From a virus, in IMG/VR virus record IMGVR_UViG_3300035565_000044, positions 1 through 64,000 of that record: a stretch of DNA of 64,000 nt, one strand, 5' to 3'. Shown in pieces: positions 10,212-19,452 of the stretch. Position 1 is the first letter of the stretch, and every line of letters starts with the position of its first letter. Position numbers and translations under genes: made by a program. The notes under the pieces were generated by a model that saw nothing but the letters and a program-made list of their open reading frames with translations, did no database searches and was not told the DNA's origin.

Positions 10212-12171
10212 ATATGTTGCGATATGCGCCGTAATCGCACTTGGCGCTGGTTCCGCATACGGTCAAAGCAATTATCTTAAAGACACTGGCGTGTTTGGCA
10301 ACGTCAATAACACTGACTTGCCGACTATGCCCGCCAATACGCTTAAGTGCAATAATACGGCGCTGGCGGCGCAGCCTGCGGATTGTACATTTCCATCTGT
10401 GGCAACGCAGGTTGAGTCGTCTATCAATGCGCAATACAACTACATCACAGATTTTGGCGGCGTAGCTGGCGGCGTCACTGATAATTTCCTCACGCTCCGA
10501 GCGGCCTGTAACGCTTCTGGAGGCGCTAGACTATATATCCCTGCTGGAACCTACGCCGTGACGGTTCCGGCCGTCACAACCCTCTGTACGGTCCCTGCGA
10601 ACACGGTTATCGAGGGCGCTGGCAAAGGCGTCACCGTCCTTAATCTAACAGTCTCAGATACGAGCTATGCTACCGTATTTTTGCTAGCGAACGCCAACGT
10701 CGTTTTTAAGAATTTAACCATAAATGTGATTACCAACTCAACGGTTCTTACGACAATTTTTGGTCTTCAGGCTAATAATGTAAGATTTGAGAATTGCTCT
10801 TTCATCGGAAATTCCGTTGAAGGCGTCCGTGTAGGCGGAACCGCCACCAATCTTGACACGGTTAATATCATTTTTGCATCTACAGCGCTGACTGGCACTC
10901 CGATAACGATAACATTCACCGTCACCACTGGCCTGACAACGGCGCAGATCGCGAGTGGTCTTGTCAATGCTGTGAACGCCAATGCCGTGCTTACGGCGGC
11001 TGGCGTAACGGCTACGCTTGATGGTTCATTTGTTAAGATAAATCAAATAGATACGCTTATCCCTCAAGCTTCATACACAACGTCCGTCACTGGCGCCGCT
11101 ACTGAAACGCTTACAATTGGACCATCGTCTGGTCTAAATCTCGTGACCATAGGCGGAACACAGGCCGACGACTTCAGTATGTTGAACGATGATGTTACAT
11201 CTTTCAGCTATGTTGTTCTTAAGGCTAACGCTACTACAACAACTAATAATAGGTTCACATTTAGAGGCGGATTCTATAATAAAAATATAACTGGAGCATT
11301 CAATATTAACAGCCCTTCTGGAACATTCAATGGAGTATTGATTGAAGGAACTACTATTGGGTCAGTTGGAATAAATAATGCCAATGATTTGCCTATTGCT
11401 CTTGCTCATGTTACTGACGGTAGAATAATTGGAAATTATCTATATGGTACATACAATCAGAACGCCATGCACTTTGAAGAAGGGGCTAACGATCTGATTG
11501 TCTCAGGAAACGTTGTAGAGATGGCGACGGCGACGGCGCTTGGAGCGGTATACGGCGGAACATGTATGTACTTTGTAGATAACAATATTGGTGGTGCTGG
11601 TTTTAGACCCGTTAATAACGTAACCATAGCAAATAATGTCTGCACAGCCTCCACAGCAAATGAATCTGGATTTGCTATATGGCAGGCGTCTGTGAGTCTC
11701 GCTTCCCAGAGATGGGCGATAACTGGGAATGTTTTCTCTGGATTTGCAAATGGTGTGAGGACAGACGTTATCAATGGCATGACGATGACGGGTAACTACA
11801 TATCTAATAACGCAGCGAGCGGCAATGGAATCGTTTTAGGGGCTGGTGTTACGTATGCAATGGTTTCCCAGAATGTTATTAGAACATACCTTACGCCATT
11901 GACGACAGCAGCAACCCTATCTGTTATTAGAGATAACTATGGATATAACCCTGTTGGCGCAGCTACTGTGACTCCAGGCGCTTCTCCATGGACATATACA
12001 GCAGGTTCTAGTCCTGAGGACCATTATGTAAGGGGTGGAACCGTTAGCTCTATAACTACTGGCGGACAGTCGATAGCAACAACTTCTGGTTTAACTATTC
12101 ATTTGGAACCAAATGAAAGTTATGTAGTAACATATACCGTCGCTCCAGCCGTTACCAAGTCGGTGCACTAA
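10198..12171 (+). CDS. Second beta-helix tailspike/depolymerase-like protein with a signal-peptide-like N-terminus
   Basis: ITDFGGVAGGVTDN..LYIPAGTY cap; repeated I.GN/IANN beta-helix rungs; MSLSKYVAICAVIALGAGSAYG|QS. Confidence 0.7.
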   Translation: MSLSKYVAICAVIALGAGSAYGQSNYLKDTGVFGNVNNTDLPTMPANTLKCNNTALAAQPADCTFPSVATQVESSINAQYNYITDFGGVAGGVTDNFLTLRAACNASGGARLYIPAGTYAVTVPAVTTLCTVPANTVIEGAGKGVTVLNLTVSDTSYATVFLLANANVVFKNLTINVITNSTVLTTIFGLQANNVRFENCSFIGNSVEGVRVGGTATNLDTVNIIFASTALTGTPITITFTVTTGLTTAQIASGLVNAVNANAVLTAAGVTATLDGSFVKINQIDTLIPQASYTTSVTGAATETLTIGPSSGLNLVTIGGTQADDFSMLNDDVTSFSYVVLKANATTTTNNRFTFRGGFYNKNITGAFNINSPSGTFNGVLIEGTTIGSVGINNANDLPIALAHVTDGRIIGNYLYGTYNQNAMHFEEGANDLIVSGNVVEMATATALGAVYGGTCMYFVDNNIGGAGFRPVNNVTIANNVCTASTANESGFAIWQASVSLASQRWAITGNVFSGFANGVRTDVINGMTMTGNYISNNAASGNGIVLGAGVTYAMVSQNVIRTYLTPLTTAATLSVIRDNYGYNPVGAATVTPGASPWTYTAGSSPEDHYVRGGTVSSITTGGQSIATTSGLTIHLEPNESYVVTYTVAPAVTKSVH

Positions 12172-12884
12172 TGACAACATCTGGCGTAACCGCCTTAAAT
12201 CTAACGGCAAGAGATATTATCTATTTTGCCCTTAGGAAGATAAACGCGACGCCGATTGGACAAGACCCTTCTCCGGGGGAGGTTGATCCAGTAACCATTG
12301 AGCTAAATCTCATGCTCAAGGAATGGCAGCTTCATGGTCCGCATCTCTGGCGCCACACAGAAGGAAGCGTAGCGGTGGTGGCAAACGCCCCATCGTATTC
12401 CTTGGCGACAGACAACCCACTACGTCTTGTTGAAGTGCGCTATCGCTATCCGCCAACAAGTGACCCGACTGCGCAACGTGATCTTCCAATGGAAATGATG
12501 ACAAGGGAGCAGTACAAGACGCTTCCTGTTAAATTAACATCAGGAAGTCCACCCACACAGTGGTACTTTGATCCACAGGAAACTACCAACAACCTTTACG
12601 TATGGCCAGTGCCAGCAGTTACCGCTGGAGACACTATTCAGTATACATTTCAGCGTAGATTCCAGATAATAACAAACCTAAGCCAGAGTCTTGATATTCC
12701 TGAAGAATGGCTATCAACAGTAGGTTATGGTTTAGCTGCGCGGTTGATACCTACATATGGTATTGAGACGAAAACTGGTGAAATAATCATAGCGATGGCG
12801 ACTGACCTCATTATGAAGGCCAAGGGCTTCGATAGGGAAGACGTTGTCCACATGATGCCACAGTGGCGCGGGCGGAGGCGCTAA
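12171..12884 (+). CDS. Head-tail adaptor (P22 gp4-like position)
   Basis: TARDII..ALRK..LN.ML.EW, GSPPTQWY, LYVWPVP and IPEEW..GLAARL motifs; directly upstream of the gp10-like gene. Confidence 0.7.
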   Translation: MTTSGVTALNLTARDIIYFALRKINATPIGQDPSPGEVDPVTIELNLMLKEWQLHGPHLWRHTEGSVAVVANAPSYSLATDNPLRLVEVRYRYPPTSDPTAQRDLPMEMMTREQYKTLPVKLTSGSPPTQWYFDPQETTNNLYVWPVPAVTAGDTIQYTFQRRFQIITNLSQSLDIPEEWLSTVGYGLAARLIPTYGIETKTGEIIIAMATDLIMKAKGFDREDVVHMMPQWRGRRR

Positions 12885-14305
12885 TGCCTGACTTTCCGCT
12901 AAGACTGCCAACAGAGTCAACAATTGGAAGAGACGGCCAGGAAGCCTCTGTACGCCTTATAAACGGCTATGCAGAGCAGATGGGCGTTGACCAGGATGGA
13001 AAGTCTCCATACGTCGTCTACGCCGCTCCAGGGCTTACCAGATGGGACTCAGGAGGTTTCAACGGAGCCGAGCGCGGGGCTGTCGTCCTTGACGCCAACA
13101 ATCTTATATATCTTCTGGGAAACCAACTTGTAAAGTTCGACGCCAACGGTGCGCCAACAGTCTATGGAGCCATCCTAGGAACAGACAGAGTCACCATGGC
13201 TCGTAATAGGAACGGCACACCCCAGATTGGAATAGTGACTTCAGTAAACAATGCTTACTATGTGTTACAAGGCTCAACGCTTACACAGCCAGTAGAGCCA
13301 AATCTACCTGCCCCGAACTCTGTAGCTTATCTTAAGGGAAATTTCTTTTATGGGATTAATGACGGACGCATATTCTCAAGTCCTCAGGAGCAGGCTACAG
13401 GGATTGGCGCCCTAGCTTTTGCTATAGCTAATGCTGACGCTGGCGGCATCGTTAGGATTATAGCTCACGTTGGATATCTTTATATATTTGGGCCTAGAAG
13501 TCTTGAGATTTGGCAATACACTGGAGATATTCCTTTTCCATTGCAGCCAGTTCAGCAGTACATTGCTCTAGGGCTCGCTGCGCCTGCGTCTCTTGCAGAA
13601 ACGGACAAAGGACTAGTTTGGGTTGACCACAAAGGGTTTGTAAGATTTGGGCGCGATGGTTCCGCTCAGAGAATTTCCACTCACTCAGTTGAACGCGCCA
13701 TCTCCGCATCAGGGGCGAGTCGTTCAAACTTAACTGGTTCATTTTGTACATTCCAGGGCCATGAGTGTTATGTTCTAAGTCACCCCACAGACTGGACATG
13801 GGTTTATGACTTCAATATGCAGAGATGGTATGAGCGTAAATCTTATGGACAGAATAGATGGTTGGCTAGCACATTCACTTGGTTTAATAATGATTATATA
13901 TGCGGATCAAATGCTAATGGACGTCTATACAAGATAGATATGACTAATTTTGAGGAAGATCACCAAGTTTATACCATGGAAATTTGGTGTGAAAACTCTC
14001 ATAATTATCCAAACTCTCTATTCATAGATTCTCTTAATATCGATATCGTGTCTGGCGTCGGCAATTTGGAAGACCCTGAGGATATGGACCCAAAAATATC
14101 CATAGATTATAGCGACGATGGTGGGAAAAACTTCTACGGAGAACGTATGATAGGCATCGGCGCTATGGGTAACTTTAGGAAATTGGTGCGCACGGGGCGC
14201 TGGGGTCGTGTAGGACAGAAGGGGCGTATCTGGCGCTTCAGAGCCTCTGCTGGTGTTCTAAGAGCATTTATTCAAGCAACATTGCGCGGTAGACCAGGAC
14301 TATAA
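12884..14305 (+). CDS. Tail nozzle / packaged-DNA stabilization protein (P22 gp10-like)
   Basis: APGL, FG..SLEIW, QRISTHSVE, GHECYVL, TWVYD..W.ER and SDDGGKNF motifs. Confidence 0.8.
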   Translation: MPDFPLRLPTESTIGRDGQEASVRLINGYAEQMGVDQDGKSPYVVYAAPGLTRWDSGGFNGAERGAVVLDANNLIYLLGNQLVKFDANGAPTVYGAILGTDRVTMARNRNGTPQIGIVTSVNNAYYVLQGSTLTQPVEPNLPAPNSVAYLKGNFFYGINDGRIFSSPQEQATGIGALAFAIANADAGGIVRIIAHVGYLYIFGPRSLEIWQYTGDIPFPLQPVQQYIALGLAAPASLAETDKGLVWVDHKGFVRFGRDGSAQRISTHSVERAISASGASRSNLTGSFCTFQGHECYVLSHPTDWTWVYDFNMQRWYERKSYGQNRWLASTFTWFNNDYICGSNANGRLYKIDMTNFEEDHQVYTMEIWCENSHNYPNSLFIDSLNIDIVSGVGNLEDPEDMDPKISIDYSDDGGKNFYGERMIGIGAMGNFRKLVRTGRWGRVGQKGRIWRFRASAGVLRAFIQATLRGRPGL

Positions 14306-14308
14306 CCC

Positions 14309-15115
14309 ATGGCTACAGGTTTAACAAGGCCACAGGACAAGGTTATCGTTGACCCTAAGACAGGGCGCTTAACGCTTGAATGGGATACGTTTTTTAATAA
14401 CATTGGTAAAATTCTAGGTGGAACGCTAAGCCAGTTTACAGGACGGCTCATAGCTACTCAGAAATTCACTATAACAGGAACATATACGCCAACAACAGGC
14501 GCTAACTCAGCCGTAATAGTTTGCGTAGGCGGCGGCGGCGGAGGCGGTGGCACTGGCGGCTTAAATCCTGGACAGAATGGCGGAGGCGGCGGTGGCTCTG
14601 GGGGATACTCTCAGCATTATATATCAGGATCGCTAACGACGCAAACGGTGACTGTTGGCGCGGGTGGGGCGGCTGGCGCTGCTGCGAACGATATAGCGGG
14701 GAATGGCGGAGATGGAACTGCTACCTCATTCGGCGCTCTGTGCATTGCTAATGGCGGAACACACGGTCTAGGCGCTTCATCTGCGAATAGCACTTACTCA
14801 CAAAGTGGAAGCGGTGGAGCTATTGGAACAGGAAATGTTTACACTATAGCTGGTAATGATGGTGGAAGCAATTCCATGATACAGAATGCTAATTATGGCG
14901 TTATTGGAGGACATGGAGCAGCTTCTGCCCTTGGTGGGGGGACAAAAGGAGCATTTATATCAGGTGGAAGTTTTGCAACATCTGGAGTAGCAGCAGGAAT
15001 TGCAGGAAAAGGGTATGGAGCTGGTGGATCAGGAGCCGTATGTCAGAGCAGCGTATCAACAGCCCTTGGCGGTGCGGGCGCAGCAGGAATCTGCATCGTC
15101 TATGAGTACAGCTAA
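14309..15115 (+). CDS. Glycine-rich tail needle/fibre protein
   Basis: VDPKTGRLTLEW..FF N-terminus followed by a Gly-rich domain ending GICIVYEY. Confidence 0.65.
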   Translation: MATGLTRPQDKVIVDPKTGRLTLEWDTFFNNIGKILGGTLSQFTGRLIATQKFTITGTYTPTTGANSAVIVCVGGGGGGGGTGGLNPGQNGGGGGGSGGYSQHYISGSLTTQTVTVGAGGAAGAAANDIAGNGGDGTATSFGALCIANGGTHGLGASSANSTYSQSGSGGAIGTGNVYTIAGNDGGSNSMIQNANYGVIGGHGAASALGGGTKGAFISGGSFATSGVAAGIAGKGYGAGGSGAVCQSSVSTALGGAGAAGICIVYEYS

Positions 15116-15560
15116 AACAATAATACGCCAAGCCATAGAAACAGATGTTCTCGGAATATACGATTTATATCGCGACCATCTTGATAATAAGAAATATGGT
15201 GTTACAATGGCGTATGCCCCAGAGCGCCTTCTGGCCTACGTTGAGAACGTCATTTCTAGCGACAATTTTTGCGCCCTCGTTTCAGTAAAACCAAAAGAAG
15301 TAGACATTATCACAGGCATAATAACCTGCGTCATTGTCGATTGCCCCTTTTCCTATGAAAAAGTTTGTAGAGAACTAACGTGGATACGAAACCCCAAGTA
15401 TCCAAGCAGTGGACTTCGACTTCTTAGGGGAATTGAGAATTTAGCGCGTGACCGTGGCGCCACCGTGGCCATTGTTGGATGTACAGACGATAAAATCGCA
15501 AGGCTTTTAAGCTTACGTGGCTATGTGAGGTCTGAGATTGTATATGAGAGGAATATCTAA
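15102..15560 (+). CDS. GNAT-fold protein (P22 gp14-like position)
   Basis: IRQA..D start, GLRLL..E..AR.RG, LL..RGY; lies between tail and ejection genes. Confidence 0.65.
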   Translation: MSTAKTIIRQAIETDVLGIYDLYRDHLDNKKYGVTMAYAPERLLAYVENVISSDNFCALVSVKPKEVDIITGIITCVIVDCPFSYEKVCRELTWIRNPKYPSSGLRLLRGIENLARDRGATVAIVGCTDDKIARLLSLRGYVRSEIVYERNI

Positions 15561-16204
15561 TGGCCATAGCGATTGTCGCCGCTGCGGCGATTGGCGCTGC
15601 TAGCGCTTACTTTGGAAACCAAACAGCATCTAAGCAAGCCGAGAAGGTAAGACAAGACGCTGTAAACTGGCGCAATCAGGTTGTAAAGGCCGCTGATCCG
15701 TTTCTACAGGGCGCCCAGAATGACTATAGCGTTCTAGATAACGCTATGGGCGTCAATGGACAGGCGGGAATGCAGAGTTATATGACCAATTCTCTTAATC
15801 CTTTGTTGGCTGGAGCACAGAGCAACGCCCTTAATGCGCTCAATCAAAAGTATGCAGCTATGGGCTATGGTCCTCTTAGCGGAAACCAGATTGCTGCTGG
15901 AAATAACTTAATGCAGCAGTCATATCTCAACCAATATAACCAGCAAGTAGGTCAACTCGCACAGGCCGCACAGGCCAGAGGCGCTATTGGCGCTAATATG
16001 TATGGTACGGCTGGACAGGCTAACGCCTACTCCACACAGGCTGGCCTCGCTGGCGCTCAGTATCAGGGACAGGCGATTGCTAGAGCCGGACAGCAGGCTG
16101 CGGATGGCCTAACATCATTGGCTGGATATCCAGGAGCGCAGAACTGGTTCTCTGGACTAGGAAGCAATACAGGCGCGGGCGCTGCGCCAGCTAGCAAAGG
16201 TTAA
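15560..16204 (+). CDS. DNA ejection/pilot protein (gp7-like)
   Basis: Hydrophobic Ala/Gly N-terminus, Gln/Ala/Gly-rich body, synteny. Confidence 0.65.
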   Translation: MAIAIVAAAAIGAASAYFGNQTASKQAEKVRQDAVNWRNQVVKAADPFLQGAQNDYSVLDNAMGVNGQAGMQSYMTNSLNPLLAGAQSNALNALNQKYAAMGYGPLSGNQIAAGNNLMQQSYLNQYNQQVGQLAQAAQARGAIGANMYGTAGQANAYSTQAGLAGAQYQGQAIARAGQQAADGLTSLAGYPGAQNWFSGLGSNTGAGAAPASKG

Positions 16205-16209
16205 GGAAC

Positions 16210-19200
16210 ATGGGCGTTTTAGACGAAGTCCCTAATCTCGCTAATCAGGCGCAGACTTGGTCAAACTATTGGCAGAACCAAAATAAGTGGGAATCTGAGC
16301 GCGCCGCTGGCCAAGCGCTTGCGAACGACAATATTGACCAAGCTAAGAAAGAAGCCGCAGTACGCGGCAACTTAGGTCTATATTCCGACCTCCATACAAT
16401 GCAGCAGCAGCGCCAGTTGGAAATTGGCCAGAAGATGCTTGCTGTTGTCCAATCCGCCAAGACGCAGAACCAATATCATTCCATGATTGACCTGCTTACC
16501 CAGCATGGCGTCCCTGGATTGAGCAAATATCGCGTTCCCCCTGGTGGAGATTTTGAGACAACTAAGAATACGGCGCTGGCGGAGCTTGGAACACATACTG
16601 AATATCTGAAATGGCAGCAGGAACAGCTAAAAGCTGAAACAGAACGGCGTAAAGTTAATTATCGTGGGATAATGACCGTTCCCGGCGCTCCACGTGAAAC
16701 ACCAATTGGTCCTATGGACTTACCACGAGAAGGCGGGATTACGCCTGTAACGCCAGTCCCGACAGGGGAGTCTGGGAAGCTCGTAGGAAGGCCAACAGAA
16801 GGCGTAGAAGCCACTGGCGCATTGACGCCAACAATGTCCATTGGTGATATCAGCGCCCGTCTAGGCACTGAAATGGCGAGTCGTGGATTAGCTCCTACTA
16901 CTACCAAGACTGGAGAACCCGGCCCAGATCGCAAATTTGCCTATTCTACGACAGAGGAAGGAAAACCAGTACTTGAAGAGCTGCCTGAAGGCGCTGAGTT
17001 TGAAGGGACTGGGACAAAAGCGAAGAGAAGCGATTATGAGATTTCTTTGGAACGGGTTAACGCTGATCCACTAAACGCTGGTAAATCCGAAACAGAACGC
17101 GCGCGCCTTGCTGCGGATATCGTCAAGACGATGAAGCAGAAGGATTCTTCTGATGTTCAGATGACCAAGATATTTGCTGATCCTCAGATGGCTGAGGCAG
17201 CGAATAAGCTATATGCGGCAAAGAAAGGTCCACAAAAAACTACTGCTGTTGAGCGCGCTGCTGATCGCATTAGTTCCGCGTATGAAGCGTCTCACAATGG
17301 TGAGAAGATGGACCCGTTTCAGGCGCTTACGCTTGCTAAACAGGCTATTGAGAAAGAACCTGAGGGAATACAGAAGCTTAAGATGCTCATGGGGCCAGAG
17401 CATGATAAGCTCTTAGGTGTTATTGAGGAAGACGCCAGAGCCGAAGGTAAGATAAAGCAGCCGGAAACAATGCAGATTGCGCGCGCCATACAGGATGAGC
17501 GCAGAAAGATGGGCGCAGACGTTCCGCCCATCACTGATGCAATCAGAGAAGCTGTAAAAATAACCAATAAGGGTCCTTCTACAGTTGCTCTTCTTAACTA
17601 CTTGTCTGGATTGCCAGAAAACCAGGACAAGAGCATAGAAGAAATCCAAAATCAGGTTGTCAAGCTCCAGCGTGAAACTGGAGCCGAGCGCGAAACGCGC
17701 AAGATTGGCGAGGAAGAGGGGCTGAGCACCCGCGAGGCTATCCGTGTCCGCGCCAAAGAGTCCAATGACGAACAAATGATGGCTGATATTCGTGAGCATA
17801 ATCCGAATATGACAGACGCGGAACATAGAGATATATTCCGCAAAATGAAGACTCATATCTCTGAAGTTGAAAATATAAAGAAAGAGACAGGTCTTGACAC
17901 TCTTGGTTCTATAGAAGCCAAGGAAAAAGTTAAGGCTAAGGCTATAGCTGAGGGGCGCACAGTCCCCATGGCCCTACAGACTACCAAAGAAGTTGACGGA
18001 AAAGTAGTTCCTGGAACTATGTTTATAAATCCGATAACTCAGAAAGAGACATTTGTCCCGCATCCTCCAGGCACCGGCGAAGTTACAAAATATGGAGCCA
18101 GGATTGGGAAAATAAACGCTGAGCTAGATGAAATTGAGAAAATACGTAAAGAAAATCCAGGAATGAGCGAGCTTGAAGCCATTACCGCGCGTAACAACGC
18201 TAAAATGACTTCAAAGAATCCTAGCGCAGAATTGCAGGGAATTAATGCGCTAAAGACGCTTTATCCCGATGAAAACTTTGAGCAGCTTACTAAGCGCTGG
18301 GTCGGTCTCCATGAAAAGAAGTCCGATAAGGACAAAGAAATTGCTGCTATTATGGACGCCCACCCTGGGGAAACCAAGGAAGACGCCTATGCGCGGCAAG
18401 CGGCTCTTAATAAACTCACTGTCCTGAAGAAAGATCCGACAACTGGTGAATTTAAGGCTATTCCCATCGAAGGAACAATAGAGAAGCAGAAGCTTGATAA
18501 ACCTCTTAAGGCTGGAAATGAATCTGATCTAACAAAAGTTGTCAAAGCTCTTGGTAATGATCCAAGATATAAAGATATTCCTGAAGTTGATAGATATAAC
18601 ATAGCTAAGAGTATCCTTAACCAGAAAGGATATAACGTACACATAGCTAATGATGGTAATCTTGCATTCCAGGCTGCTGAAAATAGTGAAGCTGATATAA
18701 AGAAGAAAACTGAGGACCTTAGAGAGAGGCAACTCGCCTTGCGCGAACGAGTAGCCACGGACCCATTGCTTAGCGCTCAGATGACATGGGCTAGAGAAAC
18801 TGCAAAATATAATGTTAAGACAGTAGGACGTGAAGCTCAGACTATTGTTCTTGATAACCATATTAATGGTGTAGTTGACCTTGCTGGCGGAGCTGATCCA
18901 AAGAAGGCTGAAAATCCCCAGAAGAGACGTGATCTGGAGTCTGCAATTGGTTTTCTAAATGCTGGTCTTGGGTTAAGAATATGGCGTGGAGAAATTTCGC
19001 CAACATCTAAAGTTCCTCAGGCTGCTATGTCTTTGCTTCAGTATAAGCACGCTATCCAAGCGGAGGCGGCGCGCGTCCTTAGTATGGGCATGACTGGGAA
19101 TATAGCCCATGAGCACGCTGTTGAGCTTGGGAGAATTGTGGGAGACCTGGAGAAGGCGCCAAGCGTTGAAGCCCTTCTTGCACAGGTTAAAACTGTGAAA

Positions 19201-19452
19201 GAAATAACCCACGCTATTAGAACCCTACCAATGTTGCCAGCAGACGCCTTTGAGGCACAGAAGATGCTTAGCAGCAGGCAGGAAGAGCCTGATCATGCTA
19301 AGGCCAAGTCTATGGCTGATGAAATTACAGGGAAAGATTCTGAAGGAGTTTATACTTATAAAGACGGAACCACTAGGAGATGGAAAAAAACTCTTAATGA
19401 AACTGGCGATAAAGTTGTCCCAATATGGTTAGAGGATAAAAAAGAAAAATGA
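16210..19452 (+). CDS. Large internal virion/ejection protein
   Basis: 1080 aa, charged and helical, with internal quasi-repeats; synteny. Confidence 0.6.
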   Translation: MGVLDEVPNLANQAQTWSNYWQNQNKWESERAAGQALANDNIDQAKKEAAVRGNLGLYSDLHTMQQQRQLEIGQKMLAVVQSAKTQNQYHSMIDLLTQHGVPGLSKYRVPPGGDFETTKNTALAELGTHTEYLKWQQEQLKAETERRKVNYRGIMTVPGAPRETPIGPMDLPREGGITPVTPVPTGESGKLVGRPTEGVEATGALTPTMSIGDISARLGTEMASRGLAPTTTKTGEPGPDRKFAYSTTEEGKPVLEELPEGAEFEGTGTKAKRSDYEISLERVNADPLNAGKSETERARLAADIVKTMKQKDSSDVQMTKIFADPQMAEAANKLYAAKKGPQKTTAVERAADRISSAYEASHNGEKMDPFQALTLAKQAIEKEPEGIQKLKMLMGPEHDKLLGVIEEDARAEGKIKQPETMQIARAIQDERRKMGADVPPITDAIREAVKITNKGPSTVALLNYLSGLPENQDKSIEEIQNQVVKLQRETGAERETRKIGEEEGLSTREAIRVRAKESNDEQMMADIREHNPNMTDAEHRDIFRKMKTHISEVENIKKETGLDTLGSIEAKEKVKAKAIAEGRTVPMALQTTKEVDGKVVPGTMFINPITQKETFVPHPPGTGEVTKYGARIGKINAELDEIEKIRKENPGMSELEAITARNNAKMTSKNPSAELQGINALKTLYPDENFEQLTKRWVGLHEKKSDKDKEIAAIMDAHPGETKEDAYARQAALNKLTVLKKDPTTGEFKAIPIEGTIEKQKLDKPLKAGNESDLTKVVKALGNDPRYKDIPEVDRYNIAKSILNQKGYNVHIANDGNLAFQAAENSEADIKKKTEDLRERQLALRERVATDPLLSAQMTWARETAKYNVKTVGREAQTIVLDNHINGVVDLAGGADPKKAENPQKRRDLESAIGFLNAGLGLRIWRGEISPTSKVPQAAMSLLQYKHAIQAEAARVLSMGMTGNIAHEHAVELGRIVGDLEKAPSVEALLAQVKTVKEITHAIRTLPMLPADAFEAQKMLSSRQEEPDHAKAKSMADEITGKDSEGVYTYKDGTTRRWKKTLNETGDKVVPIWLEDKKEK

